A stretch of DNA of 64,000 nucleotides from Basidiobolus meristosporus CBS 931.73 (Eukaryota; Fungi; Basidiobolomycota): assembly GCA_002104905.1 (NCBI GenBank), contig MCFE01000119.1, positions 1 through 64,000 of the forward strand, written 5' to 3'. The notes beneath the pieces were generated by a model, which saw only the letters and a list, made by a program, of their open reading frames with translations, ran no database searches and was not told the origin of the DNA. The translations under genes were made by a program, and so were the position numbers. Positions 35,947 to 47,764 of the stretch are shown here, piece after piece. Each line of letters starts with the position of its first letter. The stretch's first letter is position 1.

Positions 35947-36566
35947 GAAACTGATGGATACAGCTTCTCTGATCCAGGCTTGACTAGGTGTACACGGGTC
36001 CATGGAGAACATCGAAGAATTGGCGAAGAAATAGCCCAAATCGGAGCCGAGCGAAAAAATTTCCCATTTTGCTGGATATGTATACATCCCCAATACGAAA
36101 CGGGTTGGGGTTCCGAGAGTGCTGTCATTGGCTGGAAACCATCGAGGATTGTTGACTGATGAATAGCGGAGTTCAATGCAATTGATGCATATTGACGAAA
36201 GTGGGAGGGCAAAAGCTACGATAACAACATCTTGTGTCTCCTGAGTCCCAGCTATCTTCGCGGATCGATTGGCTACTGCTTCAAATATCCCATCTGTGCA
36301 TAAAGCATGGTTTGGTTATCCTTTTGAGTGGGAATTCCTAATACGATTTCTGTCTCGCCTCGTTATATGAGCCCCTTTCAATAACCAATCAAATCAACAG
36401 GCAAATCAGATGCTCGCTTTAACATCGACATTGAAAACATATGGTTTCCCTGAACCTTTTTTTCAACTCAATATAAGCGGATTCACCTCTGAAGATGCTG
36501 CCTTCGATTTTGCTATTCATCATATCTCAGTCTGTATTCCCCTCCCTTGCCCCGCCTACTTAGAAG

Positions 36567-36773
36567 ATGGCACTCACACCCGATACAATTGCTACTGCGA
36601 AATCGGTGGGCCCTCACCAGCAAGTGGAGTCCCGATGTAAGAAGTTGGTGCGCTTCAGTCGCTTCGAGAAAGTGTTTATTACCCACTCGCCTGACGAATA
36701 CGATCGCCGCTCCATCTTCGCCACTCAGCTTCCAGGACAACACTCACAGTTCTATCAGACCCAATGTTTTTGA
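36567..36773 (+). CDS. 68-aa small ORF carrying a Bni4/neurabin-type PP1-binding motif
   Basis: KKLVRFSRFEKVFITHSPDEYDRRSI matches the RVxF-extended K[IV]xFS...VF.T.S..[DE]YDRR module. Confidence 0.65.
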   Translation: MALTPDTIATAKSVGPHQQVESRCKKLVRFSRFEKVFITHSPDEYDRRSIFATQLPGQHSQFYQTQCF

Positions 36774-37130
36774 GTCTGCGTCTTCACTTGTTCTGCCTCA
36801 AAGAGCTTTTTGAACCACTCACTTACCATATTGTAATCTACCTGCATGCTGCTGGGAGCAAATTGCACCTCCTGTATACTATGTAAATAAGCTAATAATA
36901 TAGTTCGACTAATTAAACAACTTCTTCCATTGGAAATCTCCATTTGCTCTTGCATATTGTTTCTGGTGTAACATGACAACAGTAGAATAGCCAGAAACAT
37001 TAAAACCGTTTTATATGTATATATGGTTAAAGTGGTTACTTGCTTGATTTAATGAAAATTCGATTTCTGATGACTGCAATTAAATATGATGCCCAAGTTT
37101 ACTTCAGTGTGTTGAACACTATCGATAGCT

Positions 37131-37601
37131 ATGTCTGAATCTGAAGCGAAAGCATCCTCATCTGCATCCACACCCAAACCCAAAGTACAAGTATCCAGGT
37201 ACGACTATAACATACCGTGTATCGCAACATCTAGGTAGCCTAAATATTTCCTCCTTTTACAGAGATGTGGTCCTTAAATTGGTGTTCTTTGTCATCATCT
37301 TGGCTGCCCTACCCATAACCGCCTTTTACAAGGCCTTGGAGTATTTCGAAGGTACGGGTTCGTGAATTTATTCCATGCCCAGTGGCTCTATTGGTGCTTC
37401 CCCACATCAAGACTCCTATAAGATAACCATGGAAATGTATGCATCGGCTTTTCTAACCGCTTTATTGATGTAGGCAATTACATCTACAGCGCGGGTGTTG
37501 CTGTCATCCTTGCTAATGTAATTGTGTTTGGCTATGTCCTGGTGGCGGTGTTCGAAGAGATCTCCGACAAAAAGAACACCACGAAAGCCAAGCAAACATG
37601 A
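37131..37601 (+). CDS. VMA21: V-ATPase assembly factor Vma21 (3 exons; absent from the ORF track)
   Basis: Exons 37131-37198, 37263-37351 and 37474-37601 give ...VVLKLVFFVIILAALPITAFY...GNYIYSAGVAVILANVIVFGYVLVAVFEE...KAKQT*: two TM helices and a KxKxx ER-retrieval end. Confidence 0.85.
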
Positions 37602-38086
37602 GAAACAATTCCTGGTTCGAAAGTATACAAGTCTAATAAAAGTATTTAGGAATACATTGTCCCCGATCAGTCTAGTTTTAATTTTTTGAGAGCAGTCTAA
37701 ATAGGCTTGGTATATTTTGAAACATCAGATTCACCTTGGTTACCATACATGGAAAGGTTAAAATGATATATTATTCCTAAAGCTATTGTCCGTGAATATG
37801 AAGTCTGATATTCTACCGAATAGGAAAAGACCTCAAGAAAATAGAAGATTCGATCGAATCAGTCAATTCACCTATGGTAACCTTTACACATGATAAGCTT
37901 TATGACACTCGGGGTCCCCTTTTTCCCATTCATAGTTTAAAGAAGTTGATTCATCTAATTAGACACATTTCTTCTCTCTATTAGTTTCTTGTACCGTGTA
38001 TTGCTCTCAAGCACTTTTATTACTTGTATAAACTCTTTATAATTCTCTTCAAGTCTTCCTTGTTTGTTTTACACTCTTGCCCAATT

Positions 38087-39235
38087 ATGGATGCGGAGCA
38101 GGCACCACAGCCAATGAATGTAACCGAAAGCTCTGCAATCAACACAAATGGTGCCCTTGATATACCAAGTTTCAATTCTTTCGGTGCACCTCGCACCGCA
38201 CGTTTGCCATCAGCCCCTTCGATCATGACACATGTTGATGTCAACAACTTCAGTTCCCCAGAGGACAATCCTCTGCGTACCGAGCGTCTGCCGTCAGCCC
38301 CCTCCATTGTAACAAATACCTTGAAGGTCCCTGGCCATTTACCTCAAGGCTCCTCCTCTACGACCACTGCCACAAAGCGAGTTTCCAACCGGAAGTTAAG
38401 AGCGTACAGCTTCGACGACTCCATCCGAGAATTTTGCCCAGACAAACTCTACCAAACCAAGGATAATCGAAAACGCGAGTCTTACATGGTGCACGGAGTC
38501 AACATATTGAACAGGGATGATGTGGATAGCTCAACTGCAATCAACCGGTTGCAGAAACGTCGCGAGCAGCATAACCGAGTAGAACGTCGCCGCCGGGACT
38601 TAATCAATACCTCCATTGAAGAGCTTTCAGAGATTGTCCCCCTGGCCCAGCTTGAGGGAGTAAAGTTTGCTCGCGGCAACGTGTTGCGCCTTACCATTGA
38701 TTACATCAAAGAGCTTCAGCAGGAGATACAATCGCTGAGGCTAGAAAACGAGAATTTGCGCAATAGCTCCACAGCACAAATCCCCCGACTGGACCCGACC
38801 AAGCGTCCCCCTACCATTGTCATCAACCAGCCTGGTAATCTTCCCGTCAACACCACCTTTCCGTCACCTAGCTCAGCTGGTTGGGAGAGCGAAATCAGAA
38901 CACCTACGGACGGCCAAGACTTTTCTTCACCCATTGGCCCCAACCATTCTGGTCAATTAATCAGTCCTATTACCTCGTCCCCATTTCCCTCGCCATTTCA
39001 CTCGCCCACACATTCACCTATTCACCCCAGCAGCCCGATCAACGAAAACCCAATGGCTCTGCCACATCCAGCTCTCCCTGAAATCACCCTAACAACCGCG
39101 TCATCTTTAGCATCATCACCCGTTCCGTTGCATGGCTCAGTTCCATCGTCGCCTATTCCTACATCGCCCTCGTCGCCATTGCCGCTGCAAATAAGCAGCT
39201 GGCAACCATTCTCGAATACTGGCAGGAACACGTAA
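38087..39235 (+). CDS. bHLH(-ZIP) transcription factor (MiT/USF/Rtg3-like)
   Basis: RREQHNRVERRRRDLINTSIEELSEIVP...RGNVLRLTIDYIKELQQEIQSL; H-E-R residues of CACGTG-binding bHLH proteins; Pro/Ser-rich tail; intronless. Confidence 0.88.
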   Translation: MDAEQAPQPMNVTESSAINTNGALDIPSFNSFGAPRTARLPSAPSIMTHVDVNNFSSPEDNPLRTERLPSAPSIVTNTLKVPGHLPQGSSSTTTATKRVSNRKLRAYSFDDSIREFCPDKLYQTKDNRKRESYMVHGVNILNRDDVDSSTAINRLQKRREQHNRVERRRRDLINTSIEELSEIVPLAQLEGVKFARGNVLRLTIDYIKELQQEIQSLRLENENLRNSSTAQIPRLDPTKRPPTIVINQPGNLPVNTTFPSPSSAGWESEIRTPTDGQDFSSPIGPNHSGQLISPITSSPFPSPFHSPTHSPIHPSSPINENPMALPHPALPEITLTTASSLASSPVPLHGSVPSSPIPTSPSSPLPLQISSWQPFSNTGRNT

Positions 39236-39966
39236 ATGAATCTTCAAATTGCTTCCACTCCATCAGTACATATATATATATTAAGTATCAAACTCACTAA
39301 ATGTGGATATGCACTTTCATTGGGAATTTCTCCGCACCAAAACTAATAAAACAAGCGCCAGTCATGAACACGGTCAAGGAATGTCTGGTCTACAGTCAAG
39401 TATCGCGATCACCTCCGCATGAATCATCCATTAAGCGCCGCATCGCTTGCGCGCTTGACCGATAGAACCTTCTGCATTCGAATGGTCCATGAATTAAGAC
39501 AATTCTGGAGGGCCATCCAATATGGATGCACTATCGACCAGAATGGCAATCTTCGGAAAAGTCTAAATATCCTTGTTCAAGGACCTTCATTGATCTTTGC
39601 CAAATCGGGCGAGCATTTCTAATGATGAATGCGCGCCGAAGCTTGGCGCCCATCAAAGATGATCTATTGTTAAATATCGAAACCTATGTGAGCCCGATGG
39701 CCATTTAGGGTAGATTGGGTCACGTTCTTAGAACGAGGACCTAGTGGCCAATTGAAGAAATCACCATCCATGGTAAGACTTGGTTAGAGGTTCCGGTATG
39801 ATCATATCGTACCTCTGATAGGATAGATCGATCCGTTTGGCGTATTCTAGTATCGCCTATGGCTGGGATTGTTCTGAAGGGGTTTATTAACGTGGGGCTC
39901 AATTGGAGAACGTTCAACAGATACATCATCACCCTTGATCGGCATGATGGGAGTATACTCGAATGG

Positions 39967-41276
39967 CTACATGTTGGTGATGTTGTTTAAATTTGCCGCG
40001 TGCATTGCCGGATTCGTACCTGCGTTCTCGGAAGTTGGCATAAAGATGATCTTGCTATTGCCATGCTTACTCATGGTTTGAAGCGTCTCCAAATAACGAA
40101 TTTGCATTGCGGCCGGTGTGTTCAGTATTTCCGCTGCTTCTCTCATGAGCTTGGCCGAGTCCACTGTAAAATGAGCGAGGTTAACCAAAAAGTCAGTGCC
40201 AGTGTCAGCTGATTAAACGGGACCTTCAGCCTGGGCAGCAATCACTTTGGATTCACCGATTCGTTTCTGTGTGGCTGCACTCGAGAGTGACTCTTGAAGC
40301 TCTTTAGAAAACTCGAGATCCTTAATTAAGATCGATTCCACCTATAAAGAAATGGACCGATATAGTTGGACGGCGTATCCCGAAATCATTCTATGGTAAG
40401 TGTTTACCTTGACTCCCCATTCTCTAGCGGGGATATCGATCATAATGCGGATATCTATCCATTGAAAAGATTTAATGCGCATTCATCCTCATTCCCACTA
40501 CCGACGAGGGCCAACTCACCATTCGCAATCGTCTCACGGTTTTCGATGCAGTCCTGAAGGACTCGAGTTCCTAGCACGCCTCTGAGAGTGGTCTGGGTTC
40601 TTTCTACGAGAGCCTGTCGAAGATTACTCACCCCATAGGTAGCCTGATAGGGGTCTACAATATGATAATAGATGACCGAGTCCAGGGTGATACTGACATT
40701 ATCCTAACAAGAGCTAGTTAGACTCCGTACACTCTATTCACAGCTTCTTGGGGGGGGGATGTAGGATATTCTTTAACCTTGGTAGTGATGCGAACGTTGG
40801 GGATAGAGATAATTTGAATCTTGACGTCCACAGCAATCAATTCTTCTGACAAGGGGTTGATTCGGACCAGACCAGGATCGGTGGTTTTGTACACTCTGCC
40901 GAACCTGGATACCAGACCAACGTAGCCTTTGAACTGGTTTAATAATTCTGGAGGTGAGAAGGGTATGATTGTGCAGAGGTACCTTGGTCAATTTGTTGAT
41001 ACGGGTTGGGGCAGCAAAAAAAACAGGGTATCTTCAAAAAGTTCACCCTATGCTTAGAAGGTCTGCCTTTAAAGTGACTTGCATGCCAGCACTTACCGAG
41101 CCCAAAGAGCCCATGATGTTCCCTAAGCCGTCCATCCACCAGGAATAAAAGCTCTGCGACTCATCGACCCTGGTTTCGTTAGCATAAGATGGTTGACCCG
41201 TTATGGGTTCGGTGTCTGCTTCGTTATGGTTGCTTGTGGAGGTACTTCCGTAGCTCTTGACTGCTGCACTCGCCAT
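39967..41276 (-). CDS. Stomatin/band-7 (SPFH) family protein, multi-exon
   Basis: IPCFFCCPNPYQQIDQG|YVGLVSRFGR...TK|DNVSITLDSVIYYHIVDPYQA...TQTTLRGVLG...SAKLMREAAEILNTPAAMQIRYLETL. Confidence 0.9.
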
Positions 41277-41947
41277 ATTGGGTATTCAAGCTCTTCAATT
41301 AATGCAATGAGTTTGGGTAACGAAAATGGCTATGAGAGGGATTTAAACATTATTTGATATTACACAGATGTACAAACAGTTAAAATATAGGACATATTAT
41401 CGGAACTAATTAAAGCAAAATTGTGTAGAGTTGAACAGAATAATCGTGAATAGCATACAGTGTGATTTGTGTAAAATGGTCTAAACAATGCTCAGCGTCA
41501 GGGGTGGTCCCTGCTCCAAGTGTTTGTGAGTTTATTGGTAAATGCTGGATGTGGACAAAGGTGATTGGACTATGGGAGGAATTACGAGTTGTGGTGTGTA
41601 GGCGATAATTCAATGAAAATCAATCCGAGGAGTTTAGAGGACTAGGTTGCCAATTCGTTATTTATTGGTCTTTCGGGGATTCTTTTTCATCCAATCACAT
41701 CCCATTTCTGAAATCAACACCACACCCGACATTCGTTTGTCATAAAGAGTGCGACGCTGAAAAGCTGTACTGCAAACGAGGTATATCGAAAACCAATCCT
41801 TTCTTCGCCCTAGTACTTTCTCGTATACAAAGGGGCCCACTTTTCTTCCTGGTAGGGTATCATCTGTTGACGAGTTGTGTCTTCTTTGCTCGGGCTAACC
41901 ATCTGTAATAGCTATCAGTTTTAGAGCATTTTTTTGGACTATCGGCT

Positions 41948-44900
41948 ATGGACTCCACCGGCTTTATGAACCCTCTTCAAGATTCTTCTCTTCCTGCCTC
42001 TGTTCAGTTGCAGATGCTTCACTCCCAGGTCCACGATGATGAGCATATGGTCAATTACTATGAAGACTCGGAGCCTGAAGATTTCCCTGTCCCTGTACCC
42101 AAGAAGCCTGAAGCAATTGACTTGGATTCTGAATCTATGTTCCCTTCTCTCACTGCTTCGACCCCTGCTACACCACTCGCCACCTCTGCCTGGGGTTCCG
42201 ACTCTCGCGTTAGGGCTGATAAGTCCGAGAGCCAGAAGAAGTCAGGTATCGTCACCGAAATATACCAACTCCAGGCTACTCAGCAACAAAGACAACGTGA
42301 ATTCGGCAACAAGAATGCCACTGGAGATATGATCAAGCAGATCATGAAGAACACAAGAACCCAGATTGATGTTTCCACCTCCAGAAACACCGGAACCACC
42401 ACTTTCCTTATTAAGGGTAAGGTCGAGGATGTGCAAAAAGCCAAGAGGGAAATCACCTCCAGCTTCTCCCTTAAGGTAGAATTCCTTTTCAAAAACTCCT
42501 TGCATATAGAACATACCATTAATCTTCTCGATTGGCTCATCTGTGGAATTAGGTTACTACCACCGTTACTATTCCTTCTTTCTGCCGCAGATTTGTGGTC
42601 GGTACCAGAGGAAAGACTCTCCAATCGATCATTGATCGCTCTGGAGCTCGTGTCCATCTCCCCCGTCGCGAAGAGGAAGATGATCAGTCGGATGAGGAAG
42701 AATCCTTCACCGATATTGCCATCACCGGTGACGTTGAGGGAGTCAAGTTGGCCAAGTCTGAAATCGAGAAGATCGTCTCGGAAAAGGTAGCTAAAGCTCG
42801 GCCATTACTCTCCTAGTTTTTCCAACTAACCATTCAAATGAAATCACTAGACTTCTAAGACTACCATGCGTATCACCCACATTCCCCCCGAATACTATCC
42901 TTTGATTGCAGGCCCACACAACAACTTCATTCAAAACCTCACCGAGCAAATGGGCGTCAAGGTTCATATCCCACCTTTCATCTCCTCGGAGGATGAGGAA
43001 AGCAACGTGGACAAGAGCATCCTTGTTGCTGGTGACAAGAGCATCATCCAGAGTGTCGTTGATATCATCGGCAACTTGTATGAAGACTTGCAACGTACCA
43101 CCAAGACTATGTTGGTTAACATCCCCAAGAGACAACACAAGTATCTCATTGGGCCCAAGGGTGCCAACTTGCAAGAGATTTTGGAGGTTACCGGATGCTT
43201 TGTTGAACTTGCTCCAGCCAGCGATCCCTCCGAAGCGGTCACCATCCGTGGTCCCGAGGCCAAGCTTGTCGAAGCTTTGACCTTTGTCATGGACAAGGCC
43301 AATTCCACCCACGTCGACGTCGTCGATTTGTGCAAGATGCACGTTATTGACGACCCTGTGCAATACGCCCGTAACGCACTCAAGTACTTCCTCAACAGAT
43401 CCAAGCTTCGTAAGATCGAGAACGATTGCCATGTACAAATCATGTTCCCCAAGGCAAGCCAAATGGATAAGAGCGTAACACTTGAGCTTGTCGGTAAATA
43501 CCGCAGTCACGTTGAGAAGTCCAAGCAACAGGTGATGGAACTAGCGATTGCCTTGTCCCCTGCCTACATCTCCACCTGCAGAATCCCCGCTTTCCTTCAC
43601 AGACACATCGTTGGTCGTAAGGGCCAGAACATCCAACGTATCAGAGACACCTATGGCGTTGATGTCATTGTTCCTGACGAGCAAAACGACAGCGATGAGG
43701 TTCTTATCGTATATGAAAGCAATCCTGACATCGAAGTCAACCAGGATAAGAGAGCCAAGAATGAGGCCGTTCGCCAATTGCTGGACGTCGTTACCAAGGA
43801 GCTAATCAAGGCAGCTGACGATGCTAAGGACTTCACTGTCCAAAACCTCAACATCCCCTCTCGATTCCATCGCTTGATTATTGGCACCAAGGGTACCACA
43901 TTGGCTCAAATCATGGGAACCGACTCCCCTGCCTCGGTTAAGATCGGCAGCTCTAAGAAGGGCGAAGAGAAGTCCTCCGATATTGACGAGAACTCTATCG
44001 TCGTCAAGGGACCCAGTGAAGAAGTTACCAGAATCGTGAAGGAAATCAACCGCATTGTCGATGAGGCCAAGCATCATGAAATCATGAACTCCTTCACCGC
44101 CGAGTTCACCATCCCCGCCTCATTCTCTGCCCATGTCATCGGTAAGGGTGGATCCAACATCACCAAGCTGAAGGACTCCTTGGATGTCAAGATTGATATT
44201 GACGGAAAGAACGAGGAGGCTGACGAGGCTCCCAAGGAGAAGGTCAAGGTATTCATCCAAGGTACCAAGAAGGGTGTCGAGCAAGCCAAGAAGCAAATCA
44301 TGGAGATCGTCGACAGATTGGCTGATCAAACCGAGCTTCGTCTTACCATCGCCCCTCACTTGCACAAGTCCCTTATCGGTGCTGGTGGTCGTTATGTCAA
44401 GCGCCTCGAAGACACCTACAATGTTCGCATCAAGTTCCCTCATTCCGGTGACAGAAATGCGGAGAATGAAGATGATTCCGAAGAGGCTCAGAAGCCTGAC
44501 GAAGTGATCGTCAAGGGTGGCAAGAAGGAGGTCGCCGAGGCCAAGGCAGAGATTCTGCAGCTGATCGAATTCGAGCAAGAGCACAGTCACACCTTGAACT
44601 TCGAGATCCCCGCACGTTGTCTCCCTCATGTTGTTGGCCGCAACGGATCCAAGATTAACGAAATCAAAGAAGATACCAGCACCAAGATCGACCTCGGTAG
44701 ACCTGAGGACGAGAACGATGAGGATGCTTTGGTGTCTGTGGCCATTCAAGGAACCAAGGAAGGAATCGCCGCTGCTCGGGATGCCATCATGGAGGTTGTT
44801 GAGGATCAGCAATCCCGCGTCACTGTGACCATGGATATCGATCCCGACCACCACAAGTTCCTCATCGGCCCTGGTGGCTCCCGTATCAAGGAGCTCATCA

Positions 44901-45778
44901 CCAAGTTCGGTGGGGATGCTGACTCCGAGCCATGGCAAAGAACTGTTCGCTTCCCCAGAAGCGACAGCACCTCTAGCGAAGTCGTGTTGAAGGGTGACCA
45001 ACAGTTGGTTGAACAGCTGCGCGCCGAGTTGGCCAGATTGGCCGTGGACTTGAATGACAAAACCACCATCCGCTTCAGCGTTCCAGCCGACCAATATCCC
45101 AACATCATTGGCCGTGGTGGATCAGTTTTGAAGGAGATCCAAGCCCGCTACGAGGTCGACATCCAGATGCCTAACTCCCGTCGTAATGGTCACAGGGCTG
45201 GCGACGACTCCGATGACCAAGTCAAGATCACTGGTAAACACGAAAACTGCGAGAAGGCTAAGGCTGAGATCTTGTCCAAGCTTCGCGTGGAGCGCAAGAT
45301 CAACATCCCAGCCAAGCACCAATCTACCTTGATTGACCGTGGTATTACTCTTCGCAGACTTAGAGGCGAGTTCAACGTCAATGTTGACCTTCCACCCTTG
45401 GGACAATCCAGACGTATTGATGACGAGGAGGAGGATGGTAAGAAGCGCTCCGAGCCTACTGGTGATGTCGTCTGGACCTTGAAGGGCGAGGAGAAGGATA
45501 TCGACGAGGCCGAGAAGTATTTAATGGGACTCCTCGAGGAGGCTCGCAAGAACTCTCAGGTTCTTCTCGTAAAGGTTCACCCATCACTTCACCGCTTCGT
45601 TATCGGCCGTGGTGGTGCCACCATTCGCAGAATCCGTAACCAAACTGGGTGCCAGATCGACGTTCCCAAGAACCGGGAAGACGAGCATGTCATGTTGAGA
45701 GGCTCCCAGGTCGGCGTCGAGCAGGCAAGAGACATGATCTTGGAGATCATTGAGAACGCCGGGGAGTTCGACGAATGA
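41948..45778 (+). CDS. SCP160: Vigilin/Scp160 multi-KH-domain RNA-binding protein
   Basis: Many tandem KH repeats with GxxG loops (HKYLIGPKG, HRHIVGRKG, HRLIIGTKG, HVIGKGG, HKSLIGAGG, HKFLIGPGG, HRFVIGRGG); two 5' introns. Confidence 0.93.
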
Positions 45779-47663
45779 GAGAAGCATCCATGAACATACT
45801 AATTCCATAAGAGCAAAAATAATCCTACGCCATATCACATCCTTCCTTCAACCCGACCTACTCTTCAACACCTATCATTACTCGGTTGCTTTTTCTAGTA
45901 TCTCGAAGCAAACAGTAAATCACATCGAATGAATGCGGTCAATAGACTATAGATATGTTTGAAAATAAACCAAACAGTTATCTAAAATTCACCTTTACCA
46001 AACAATTCACTATTAGGCCATTATCCATTATCCGACGTCCATCATGGGGCCGGCACCCCGAAACCATTGTACAGGACAATCCATTGTGTCGCCTTTGATG
46101 TACGTCCCAAGCTGCTGTTTCGAAGCAAGCTTTCTCGCAACTCGGGTGGATTTGGTTAGACCATTGTTGTTCCTCGTTTCAGGGCAACATCAGGCCACCT
46201 CTTGGTGCATCCATGTGCGGGCCATATAAATGGTCGAAGTGGTGCCTGGTCATTCCCCAACATCCTTTCTCCGCGGATCTTTGTCTACAAGTGAGGTAAA
46301 GGCCACCTCACTCAACCCACCATTGCATTTATTTATCCTCCCCTAACCCTGCACCTATCCTGTAAAATGAAATCCTTGACTCCTCTGCATCAAAAGAAAA
46401 GTGCTGGATATGCCATGGGTGCCCGGTCGGAGGTGCGGAAGAATATCTGCACATCATGCAGTAAGCAAGGCTCCTACGAGGCAGCCATCTATTGCCAGAA
46501 CCCCACTCACTTGATGTGGCAGACATTTCGCCGGTTAGAATCTTTGTGGAGACTTCGTAGAGTGAACGTTTGAGTGTGCATAGATAGAATCGCACCCAGC
46601 CTTTACATTTACCTTCGCTTTTACATTTACCTCCACCTCCACTGCACTTCACTCATGATATCTTAGGGTTTAGATGATTCTTCACTTTCCGTCAGCTACT
46701 ATAAACCATACTAGATGAGCATCTGATGTCTTATTTACTACCACCTTTCCCACCTCTCCCACATTAAAATAAATCTCATTGAAGCCAGGGGATTCCAGAA
46801 CACAGGTGTGCAATCTAGATGTGGAAAACTGGAATATCCAATCGGGATGTACCATGCTACGCTGGGGAAGATGAGATTATCGCCACCTCCCTTGATTGAC
46901 CCGCCAATCAATGATTCCTTAACTGGGTAAATTCAACTGGGTGACGTGGGGTGGGAGCCGGGTTTCATAAGTCATCAACGTAGCACGTCCGAAAATAAAT
47001 CCCGAGTGTTGACGTATGCTGGAGCTAGAGTGCGTGCCAAACAGTCTCAGTCGCCCGTTTCGGAAAGGTCAGGAAATCTGGTGGGCACAGGTGACCGGAT
47101 TTGGTAGTTTATGCCATCACGGTGCGCTCATCCGGTGCACACCGTTGCTGACTTCGAAACCGCCTCAATGGATGGTTGGACAGGGTGGGTCGATTGGGTT
47201 ATCGCAGGTTTAAGGTTGGGGTGACCCGTGTTCCTTCGAGATTGTCCCTGGTGAGCGTGGGCGATCACGAACTTGTCTCTGTGAACTTACGTAGTGTGGA
47301 TTCAGAAGTGTTACGGGAGAAACCATTGGGATGATGTAGGTGGGGATCGGCAGTCGTGCACACAACAATAAGGGAACAGGGCACGGTGGCTTCGCAAACG
47401 CCAACGTCGTCACTGCCACTTATGCAAATACCAATCGAAGTCTATTCTCCTCCCCTCACAACTTGGGTGAAGGTGGTGCGCATCGTTTCAAGAGTTACAT
47501 ATTTAAATTTAATGGACATTTTTGGGTATACAGCAGTGGAATATGGTTAGCTGAGGGTTAAGGATTTGTACAAATTACATCGCCACCCCATTAGACGTAC
47601 TTGGTTAAACTATTCATAACAAAATATTAAAAGACACTAAGTATGCAGGAAGAGGAAGAAAGA

Positions 47664-47692
47664 GGGGTAGGGGCAGGGGCAGGGGCAGGGGG
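47664..47692 (+). repeat. G-quadruplex-type hexamer repeat (GGGGYA-like units, five G4-G5 tracts)
   Basis: GGGGTAGGGGCAGGGGCAGGGGCAGGGGG read directly from the sequence. Confidence 0.85.
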
Positions 47693-47764
47693 AGAAAATC
47701 ATCTCCGTTCGTCAAAGTCGAGCTCATAGGCTCGGATGGGTGGCGTCTATAATGGTGGCAAAAT

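Noticed and set aside
47072-47088. GGAAATCTGGTGGGCAC resembling RNase P RNA conserved region I (also GGAAGGTCGG on the minus strand near 17090)
   Set aside because: No matching CR-V/P4 partner found downstream in either case.
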